DNA from: Candidatus Timburyella stercoris
GTDB taxonomy: Bacteria; Bacillota; Clostridia; Oscillospirales; Acutalibacteraceae
NCBI GenBank assembly: GCA_904384255.1
Contig: CAJFJP010000001.1
Location: 21,415 to 84,902, forward strand
DNA: 63,488 nucleotides
Reading direction: 5' to 3'
The position numbers and the translations under genes were made by a program. The notes beneath the pieces were generated by a model that did not search any database, was not told the DNA's origin, and saw nothing but the letters and a program-made list of their open reading frames with translations. Positions 57,286-63,488 of this stretch are shown here, one piece after another (position 1 is the stretch's first letter; every line of letters begins with the position of its first letter).

Positions 57286-58844
57286 AATTGCATTCCTCCA
57301 AGCTTCTGTTCATTTTTTTCTTCCTGCCCCTCGTCCTGTGTAAAATCGGTTTCCATGAATTCTCTCGGTGTCAGATCGTAGCCGAGGAAATTGGGAGAGG
57401 TGTCATCTGTAAAGGAAAGATACCCCTGTTCACGAAAGTCCAGCAGTTCTCTCATTAGTACCGTACCGCCATGATTTACACCGACTTTCGGTTCAATGGA
57501 GATAAACCGTCCTTTTTCATCACTGTATCGCAAATCATAGGCATATAAGCCTTCTGGGATTTTCTCCGGCAACATTCTTCCATTTGAAAATAAAGCCTTG
57601 TGGTTAAGCACTTCAATCACATCTAATTTTTCATCGGTGAGAACTTGCGAGTTCAATTCTTTAATTTCTGGTTCGTCATAAGCCACCGGTTCATACAGGG
57701 AATGACCTCTGGCGGAAATCACTCCATACTCCGTACAGGACGCACCGAGCCGATGAAGTAATCTTTTGCCTTCGTTTCTTGTAAACAGGCCGTCCAGCCA
57801 TTTGCTGTCAATCCGGGCATCCAAAAAGCGGCGGAGATAATCTTTGAAAAAAGTGCCTTCGTCATTGGAATAGTAGGACAATTCATATTCATCCAAATGC
57901 GCGACGTCATCCAAAAGTCCGAGAACATTCAAATGCTCAAGATGTGGTTCTGCCTCCAGCACCGCTTTGAATTTGACTTGGTCTGACGGCGGCATATCCC
58001 ACATCATTTCAGCAAGGTGGTTGAAATACTCAAAGTCATCCATATCTCTGAAATTGCTCTCTGTAATCTGCGGTATAGAGGATTCAAAGCCTATACATTC
58101 ACAGTCTTCAATAGCAATCGCTTGATGCCTATGTGCAATTTCTGACGCTGTTTCTGTTGTAGCGGGAAGGCTTATCCATTCGTCCTCAGCTATCTGTAAA
58201 CGGAACGCAAACCACTCGGACGGTTCTTCGGCAGGCAGCGTTTTGCCGTCATAGATTTCGAGCATTTCATATTCTCCGGCAACCACATAAAAGCCGTTGA
58301 TATATACGCCGCCTTCGCTTTCTCTCTGTAGTTTTCCGATCTGCTTTCTGTTCAGCAGGTACAAGGCATTGTCGGGAACACTGCTTACATCCTCATGCAT
58401 ATCGTTTTCGATGACAAACTGACCGAGTTGTTCATCGTTACCCACACCGGCTGCAATCATAATCTCATCCAGCCCATAAGTGGTATTGATTAAATCCTTT
58501 ATACTGATGATTTCGCCCTCATGTTTCTCAGAAACGACTCTGCCGATTACTGCCTGCAGCCCAAGCTGTTCTTCAAATCCCAAGGAGGCAAGCCGTTTTG
58601 CAAAGAAGTTTAGTTCATCCAGCGTTGGAGAATCCAGCCGCACATCCGAAAGTTCCGGCAGAAGGTCACAGTCCAGAATCGAAACATCCTGATATTCATT
58701 TTCTCTGTCGATAAGCCTTAACTTCTGCAAGGCGTCACGAATTTCATGTTCCTCGGCAGGCAGTTCGAGTGTTACGTAATAATATCTGTCCTGACTGGGA
58801 GATGTGGTCGTGAGTTCGACTGCCATTTGTTTTTTCATCTTCAT
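57282..58844 (-). CDS. Hypothetical acidic 520-aa protein, paralogous N-terminal module shared with 59688-60371
   Basis: LDELNFFAKRL...IKDLIN...LGQFVIEN...IYDGKTLP is mirrored by LDELNYLAKRM...LKDLIN...IGREYLLN...LYNGKTFP in the 227-aa protein. Confidence 0.55.
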   Translation of the reverse strand: MKMKKQMAVELTTTSPSQDRYYYVTLELPAEEHEIRDALQKLRLIDRENEYQDVSILDCDLLPELSDVRLDSPTLDELNFFAKRLASLGFEEQLGLQAVIGRVVSEKHEGEIISIKDLINTTYGLDEIMIAAGVGNDEQLGQFVIENDMHEDVSSVPDNALYLLNRKQIGKLQRESEGGVYINGFYVVAGEYEMLEIYDGKTLPAEEPSEWFAFRLQIAEDEWISLPATTETASEIAHRHQAIAIEDCECIGFESSIPQITESNFRDMDDFEYFNHLAEMMWDMPPSDQVKFKAVLEAEPHLEHLNVLGLLDDVAHLDEYELSYYSNDEGTFFKDYLRRFLDARIDSKWLDGLFTRNEGKRLLHRLGASCTEYGVISARGHSLYEPVAYDEPEIKELNSQVLTDEKLDVIEVLNHKALFSNGRMLPEKIPEGLYAYDLRYSDEKGRFISIEPKVGVNHGGTVLMRELLDFREQGYLSFTDDTSPNFLGYDLTPREFMETDFTQDEGQEEKNEQKLGGMQL

Positions 58845-58853
58845 TCCTCCGTC

Positions 58854-59567
58854 TTACATAGAGATGGTCGGAGCAATTGTTTCTTCTGACCATTTAGTTT
58901 TTATTTGGAAATGCTCATCATGAAATAGGTCTTGACTGATATTCGTAATTTCCTGTCCGAGAAAATCCTCCGCACTGATTTCAGAGCCTCCTATCATGAG
59001 GGATTTCAGCGTACCGTTCAGAAGCTGCTGTCCCTGTTCTGCTGACAGCCGGATATCTCCGTCCGGCGTTCGGATTTCCGTTTCAGATTTCGGGCATTCC
59101 ATAAAAAATCCTCGCAGGGTATTCCGCAGCTTTTCTTCCTCGGCTTCACGAATCGCCGCTTCCTCCAAAGCCTTGCAGACAAGGTCGCCGAAGCTGTCCT
59201 CGTCCATACACATGGTTCTGAAACGGCTGCCGAATTCTGCAAGCAGTGAGAGGTCGCTGGCATAACAGAAAAATCCACCTGCTTCACAGTCAAAGCCGAT
59301 TTTGCTGAGACTGGCATCGCTTTCAAAGGCTTTTTTGAACACAGATTCCCATTCGTATCCGCAGCCGTGTGTGTACAGACCTCGTTCCTCTATGGGATCG
59401 CCAATCTGCTCGGCGTATCGGTTGAAGGCGCTCTGACCGAAGTCGGCATATTCTTTCGTCAAGAAATCAAGTGGGAGACAAAGGCTGAACTCTCCGTTTT
59501 CATGATCTACGAGATAGAAGGGGGCATTATCACGGTCAAACGCCTCGATTATTTGTTTGTTATCCAT
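58854..59567 (-). CDS. Hypothetical protein
   Basis: ATG at 59567 follows AAGGAAG by 8 nt; I prefer it to the track start at 59600. Confidence 0.5.
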   Translation of the reverse strand: MDNKQIIEAFDRDNAPFYLVDHENGEFSLCLPLDFLTKEYADFGQSAFNRYAEQIGDPIEERGLYTHGCGYEWESVFKKAFESDASLSKIGFDCEAGGFFCYASDLSLLAEFGSRFRTMCMDEDSFGDLVCKALEEAAIREAEEEKLRNTLRGFFMECPKSETEIRTPDGDIRLSAEQGQQLLNGTLKSLMIGGSEISAEDFLGQEITNISQDLFHDEHFQIKTKWSEETIAPTISM

Positions 59568-59687
59568 TGTTGTTCTTCCTTTCTGTGATATGGTATTCAT
59601 CGTTGATTTCCTTTATTTTTTGCCCGATTGCAGTAATGACGGGAACACTCACCGCATCCCCCGCCATTTTGTAGAGCTGCCCGTCTT

Positions 59688-60371
59688 TCAGACCTGTGGC
59701 TTGTGCTTTGCAGAACTGTTATCCACGGACTCAGCGCCGATCCGTTTTAATGCTTTTCTAATGACCATATCATCATCTGGGAGGTAGACGAACTCGGTGT
59801 TACCTTCGTATTCGATTTCGCCTATCAGAAGGCACTGATCATATAAATATGGCGGAAAGGTTTTCCCATTGTAGAGTTCTTCAAACGGTCTGCTCCGGTC
59901 GGGAAACAGCAATCCGTGCTCTGTGAATATGCCTGCGCCGGATTGAAGCAATTTCCGCCCAATGACAGCATATCGTGGATCGTTCTCACCATGTGCCGGA
60001 ATACAATCATCTCTGTTCAGCAGATACTCTCTACCGATCTTGCCCATATTGCTGACATCCTGAATCAAGCTATATTTGTCGAGGATAAAGGACAGATTGA
60101 TTAAATCCTTCAATTCCGTAAAATGCTCCAGCTTCATCGCCTTATAAAACTGAAAATCCTCGTTTCCGAAGAAGTTTTCCATCCTCTTGGCCAGATAGTT
60201 CAGTTCATCCAGATTCACGAGCCGGTCTTTCAGACAAGATAGTTCCTCCAGCTCGATGACGTCCGTTACAAAGAGGGTTGCATCGTTCGGATTGTCATCA
60301 TGAAGTTCCATGAGTATAGATATAGAGAGAAATATCCGAACATGGGAATTCGATACATGCGTAATTATCAT
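59688..60371 (-). CDS. Hypothetical protein, shorter paralogue of the 520-aa protein
   Basis: See 57282-58844. The start codon is uncertain (M1 at 60371 or M21 at 60311). Confidence 0.5.
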   Translation of the reverse strand: MIITHVSNSHVRIFLSISILMELHDDNPNDATLFVTDVIELEELSCLKDRLVNLDELNYLAKRMENFFGNEDFQFYKAMKLEHFTELKDLINLSFILDKYSLIQDVSNMGKIGREYLLNRDDCIPAHGENDPRYAVIGRKLLQSGAGIFTEHGLLFPDRSRPFEELYNGKTFPPYLYDQCLLIGEIEYEGNTEFVYLPDDDMVIRKALKRIGAESVDNSSAKHKPQV

Positions 60372-60392
60372 TATATTCTACTTTTACTTTAA

Positions 60393-60983
60393 TCATTTCT
60401 TATCGTCCCTCTCTGTAAAATGGATTACACCGAGACCGAAGCGCCGGATTGCCATTGCATTGCAGATGAGAGCAAACGTTCTCGGCGGTACAAGCCCTCT
60501 ATCTGCAAGATCGCTGACCGACAGATATCTTGTGCCAAGGTACAAATCCTTTGCGGCGCAGAAAAGCGCATAGTCGTTTTCGTCTGTGTCATATAGCCGG
60601 ATTCTCTCAAAACAGATAGCATTCCCTACAACGAATTTGCTGACCGATCTCCACAGCATATAATCTGCGGTCAGAAGATAAAGGACAGCCATGAGCCTGT
60701 AGTCCTTTTTATTCTTTTTCCTGATAGTATTTTCAAATTTCCGTCTGTGCTTTTCGTTTCTGTAATCCATAGGGTCCATCTCGCTTTCTTTGATATATTG
60801 TCTGAGCCGTCGTTGAAACGAAGAATGTCTTATCCCTGCAAGGGCTTCGCTAAGAGAAACTGTTTCAGATTCGTATTCCTCCTTGCAGAGGACAATAACG
60901 CCGTGTCCTCTCGGACGGAAGTTCGGGATCATCTTCATGAATTTTTCAAGCTCGTGAAGTGAGGTGGCTTCTGTAAAATACAT
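60393..60983 (-). CDS. Hypothetical protein (196 aa)
   Basis: Long ORF in the co-directional operon. No motif recognised. Confidence 0.5.
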   Translation of the reverse strand: MYFTEATSLHELEKFMKMIPNFRPRGHGVIVLCKEEYESETVSLSEALAGIRHSSFQRRLRQYIKESEMDPMDYRNEKHRRKFENTIRKKNKKDYRLMAVLYLLTADYMLWRSVSKFVVGNAICFERIRLYDTDENDYALFCAAKDLYLGTRYLSVSDLADRGLVPPRTFALICNAMAIRRFGLGVIHFTERDDKK

Positions 60984-61075
60984 GTTTTAATTCCTTTCAC
61001 CGTAAATACAAAAGCCCCCGGATTTTGAATATAGAAAAACAAAATCCGGGGGCTTGGAATTGAGGTGTATGCCGG

Positions 61076-61732
61076 TTACATATTCTGTTGTGTGGTATCG
61101 GTCTGTTCAAAGGACGGTGGATCTTCTTTGAGTTGGGGATATCCATATTGGAGCTTTTCTTCAAGGGATTTCAGCTCCCATTCCTGTTCGTATGTCAGAT
61201 TTTCGCAGTTGTTCTGCGTATATCCTATGCATCGGCATAGGTTTGCCGCTTCATCCTCAGTAAACAGTTTGTTTTTATCCAGCAAGCCGGAGCGCGTGAT
61301 AAAGGCCTCCTTTACATAATCAAAGTCCGGGGTATAATCGCCGTGAGCAACAGAGGACTTGTCAGCACTCTGACGCCATGTGGTGAACATGAAGCCGTGC
61401 TGTTCGCTGTACATACCGGCGAGGACGATATTTCCGTATTCTGCCATTCTGCGGTATTCGGAAACGTCGGGGATTCCCATTGAGAGTGCAGTCTCATACA
61501 TGCGCACATATTCTCTGATTTTCGCCGTCTGCTCCTTCATATTTGCAAGAGCCGCTTTCCAATTGTCCGTCACGGTCTTGTCTCCGTGATATTGAAGAAA
61601 GCCGTCTTTATCCTGAGAGCAGAGGGGGATGCCGCTATAGGATATCTCCAGCCGTTTGCATTCTTCATTATATTGTCCAGTGCATCCGTATTTTGAGAGC
61701 TTCCGCAAAAGCTCCTGTTGATAAATTGTCAT
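61076..61732 (-). CDS. Hypothetical protein (218 aa), first gene of the rightmost minus-strand operon
   Basis: Long ORF with GGAGG-type SD. No motif recognised. Confidence 0.5.
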   Translation of the reverse strand: MTIYQQELLRKLSKYGCTGQYNEECKRLEISYSGIPLCSQDKDGFLQYHGDKTVTDNWKAALANMKEQTAKIREYVRMYETALSMGIPDVSEYRRMAEYGNIVLAGMYSEQHGFMFTTWRQSADKSSVAHGDYTPDFDYVKEAFITRSGLLDKNKLFTEDEAANLCRCIGYTQNNCENLTYEQEWELKSLEEKLQYGYPQLKEDPPSFEQTDTTQQNM

Positions 61733-61946
61733 GTTGGTGACCTCCTTGATTCATTTAGGATAATAAAAAAGGGCGTATGGTGTTTTTCTTTCCATACGCT
61801 GGTGGGCGGGCATTTGGTTTATTCTCTTTCTGAAAGAATAACTTGACTTTCAGTCCGATCAGAGTTTTACTACACAACGTCAGGTGTGAGCGTACCATAA
61901 GCTCCACAGCCTGCAACAAATGTACTGATTGTGAAAGGAGAGGAAA

Positions 61947-62231
61947 TTGATGAAAAAGTGGCAATTTGATCCCCGAAATCTTGAACGGTTAACGCCTCTT
62001 AAAATAGCCGAAAACCTCCGTATGCTAAGAACCTATAATTATATATGCCAAAGAGAAATTGCCGAATTGCTGAACTTAGAGCGATCCACATATACATATT
62101 ATGAAACCGGAAAGATACATCCATCGTTGTCATCATTAATGAAACTGGCCTTGCTCTATAATGTGACCACCGATTTTTTGCTTGGGATGCCACCGAAAGA
62201 GAACAGCAAAGGTTCTAAGAAGAGAAAATAA
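61947..62231 (+). CDS. XRE family HTH regulator, divergent from the transfer genes
   Basis: LRMLRTYNYICQREIAELLNLERSTYTYYETGKIHPSLSSLMKLALLYNVTTDFLLG is an HTH_3 pattern. The only plus-strand ICE gene. Confidence 0.75.
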   Translation: MMKKWQFDPRNLERLTPLKIAENLRMLRTYNYICQREIAELLNLERSTYTYYETGKIHPSLSSLMKLALLYNVTTDFLLGMPPKENSKGSKKRK

Positions 62232-62290
62232 TCTCAGATCGAACAATAAAGCTTTTACTCGCAAACTTACAGTACAATCTTTTGAACAGC

Positions 62291-62323
62291 AAAAAAGCAG
62301 ATAGAAAATCTATCTGCTTTTTT
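62291..62323 (+). terminator. Rho-independent (bidirectional-type) terminator after the XRE gene
   Basis: AAAAAA-GCAGATAG-aaaat-CTATCTGC-TTTTTT. Confidence 0.75.
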
Positions 62324-62343
62324 GCTGCTGGTATTTAGTTGCC

Positions 62344-62356
62344 GTGAGAGTTCAAA
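62344..62356. repeat. Right copy of the 13-bp terminal inverted repeat (candidate attR half-site)
   Basis: GTGAGAGTTCAAA is the reverse complement of 13335-13347. Confidence 0.5.
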
Positions 62357-62485
62357 ACATTTCGCAAAGGAAAATGTTCATTTTATATCTATGAAACGCT
62401 TTTTCGGAAAATCGTCATCTGAAATGGCGAAACCCCCGATTTTATCGGGGGTTTCATCGACAATATCTTTTTTATTGTCTTTTTA

Positions 62486-62779
62486 TGGTGCCGCTGACCG
62501 GACTTGAACCGGTACGGTATTGCTACCGAGGGATTTTCTTCACTACTCTATGTTGCCATAGCCGCCAATAAAAGCGTTGTAGTCCGGACTTTACCTTCAC
62601 CATGGATAAAAACCTTTAGGCGCGCGCCGTCAAGTCTCTACACGTTCCTGTAATCAGGCTTCGCTCGGCATAGTCCCAAACCGGGATTTTCACCGAATTT
62701 GACGCGATTCACAGGGTAGTTTCCAAACCCAGTGCTCAAACTTTAAGTCCCTTGTGTCTGCCTATTCCACCACAGCGGC
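62486..62779 (-). tRNA. tRNA-Leu(UAA) gene interrupted by a group I intron (exons 62745-62779 and 62486-62537)
   Basis: Exon 1 is GCCGCTGTGGTGGAATAGGCAGACACAAGGGACTT. Exon 2 is AAAATCCCTCGGTAGCAATACCGTACCGGTTCAAGTCCGGTCAGCGGCACCA. Joined they give an 87-nt class II tRNA with a 7-bp acceptor stem, GG D-loop, anticodon loop CUUAAAA, long variable arm, TTCAAGT T-loop and encoded CCA. Confidence 0.9.
62538..62744 (-). ncRNA. Group I intron, IC3-like, 207 nt, inserted between U34 and A35 of tRNA-Leu(UAA)
   Basis: P1 pairs exon CUU plus intron AA with the intron UUGAG, with a U-G wobble at the splice site. Core strings present: GUCAAAUUCGGUGAAA, GCCGAGCGAAGC, GUGUAGAGACUUGACGGCGCGCGCCUAAAGG, GGUAAAGUCC. 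The terminal G precedes the 3' exon. Confidence 0.85.
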
Positions 62780-62875
62780 AAATATAAACGCTTTCGAAAT
62801 ATAATCGCGAAAGCTATGTAAAGCAGTATAATCATAAATGCTGCATCTAAGCAGCCAACAATACTGCGCCTGTAT

Positions 62876-62904
62876 ATTATACTTTTTTTAATAATCAGTG
62901 TCAA
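62876..62904 (-). promoter_or_regulatory. Consensus sigma-A promoter upstream of the tRNA-Leu gene
   Basis: Minus strand TTGACA-17 nt-TATAAT, about 97 nt upstream of the tRNA 5' end. Confidence 0.55.
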
Positions 62905-63093
62905 GACAAAAACTTTAGCTTACAATTTTTAATTGAACGCATACTTGCCTTATAAAAACATACAGCCACATAGCATACGGCTTTAGCCACCGATGGGTCG
63001 TCGCCAAGCATGGCCTTTAAATCTGCCTTATTGATTGAATACCTTCACTTTATGCAAATCATATTCAAGTTGGCTGCAGATAGGTCTGTACTT

Positions 63094-63488
63094 TTACCAT
63101 TTCAGCAAAAATCCCTTCGAGCCAGGCACTCCGCTTATATAAATATTGTTTATACTGTTCGATCGGCTGAGATGTTTGTTAACACTGCGCAAGACATCAT
63201 CATCCTCTAACAAATCGGTAATAGAATTCTCTCCGTCAAGCGAGAAAACAAGAGGGCAATCCTCGCCAAAAACAAACTCAGCTTCGCATATTCCGTTTTT
63301 AGCTTTTTCAATAAGCACGCTTGATGTCACATCTGCAAAATCATTGCGGCTGCTTATATACGATTTATTTATTATCGCATAATTATTCTTAAGTGATGTA
63401 CAATCAGGCAAAGCAATGTTAAAATCGTCAAATTTTTCAAGCTGCTCGGTTGATAATTCACTGTAATCTGAATGTACATCGTGGTCGT
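63094..63488 (-). CDS. Hypothetical protein, 5' end outside the window
   Basis: The frame of track ORF 63094..63411 stays open upstream to the window end (..DHDVHSDYSELSTEQLEKFDDFNIALPDCTS..), so the listed TTG start is probably internal. Confidence 0.5.
   Translation of the reverse strand, partial: DHDVHSDYSELSTEQLEKFDDFNIALPDCTSLKNNYAIINKSYISSRNDFADVTSSVLIEKAKNGICEAEFVFGEDCPLVFSLDGENSITDLLEDDDVLRSVNKHLSRSNSINNIYISGVPGSKGFLLKW

Larger units (their letters stand above)
13335..62356. mobile_element. Integrative conjugative element (about 49 kb): serine-recombinase integration module, Firmicute-type T4SS, MOB relaxase, defence and toxin cargo
   Basis: Contiguous minus-strand block with recombinases, VirD4, VirB4, relaxase, PrgI/VirB6-like proteins and a cell-wall hydrolase/adhesin. 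GC is higher than in the flanks. Bounded by a 13-bp inverted repeat. The presence of an ICE is solid; the exact ends are uncertain by about 30 bp. Confidence 0.8.

Noticed and set aside
62486-62779. My first impression was a tmRNA (ssrA): a tRNA-like 3' end with T-arm and ACCA, about 290 nt long.
   Set aside because: There is no tag-peptide reading frame or tmRNA pseudoknot pattern. The 5' 35 nt and 3' 52 nt assemble into a complete tRNA-Leu(UAA), and the middle 207 nt has group I intron core sequences.

Overview
The window looks like a chromosome segment from a Clostridia-type Firmicute (inferred from gene families and Shine-Dalgarno-driven starts) carrying an integrative conjugative element (ICE) of about 49 kb.

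Left host flank (1 to 13.3 kb): a GDPD-domain protein that runs off the window and is missing from the ORF track, an ABC-2 exporter pair, argS, an ECF transporter operon (T, fused A-A, S), a YoaK-like membrane protein, about 1 kb of ORF-free DNA with two tandem terminator-like repeats, and a zinc-ribbon protein.

ICE (about 13.34 to 62.36 kb, almost all on the minus strand):
- Three tandem, overlapping large serine recombinase genes; the middle one lacks the catalytic domain.
- An orphan MazF toxin and a sigma-70 region-4 protein.
- A 9-kb defence island. It holds a complete Type III R-M with a mini zinc-ribbon ORF between mod and res. Upstream of that is an HTH, SNF2 helicase and SieB-like membrane protein operon that I cannot assign to a named defence system.
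- The transfer module: VirD4-type coupling protein, Toprim/DUF3991 protein, MOB relaxase fused to Sel1 repeats, candidate oriT, VirB4 ATPase, PrgI/VirB6/VirB2-like membrane proteins, and a 1426-aa NlpC/P60 plus Cna-B-repeat LPXTG-like surface protein.
- Cargo toxins: a class II Fic and a HipA-like kinase with its own promoter, inserted inside the T4SS operon.
- A block of small establishment or anti-restriction-type genes: orphan Dam, AbrB pair, SpoVG-like, YodL/DUF3846, DUF3849.

The ICE shows decay: its dedicated NlpC/P60 hydrolase gene carries two in-frame TGA codons plus frameshifts.

Right host flank: a tRNA-Leu(UAA) gene split in the anticodon loop by a 207-nt IC3 group I intron, then a 5'-truncated ORF.

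No CRISPR array, rRNA or transposase was seen. All family names come from motif recognition by eye; no searches were run. Hand-counted coordinates of non-ORF features may be off by 1-2 nt.
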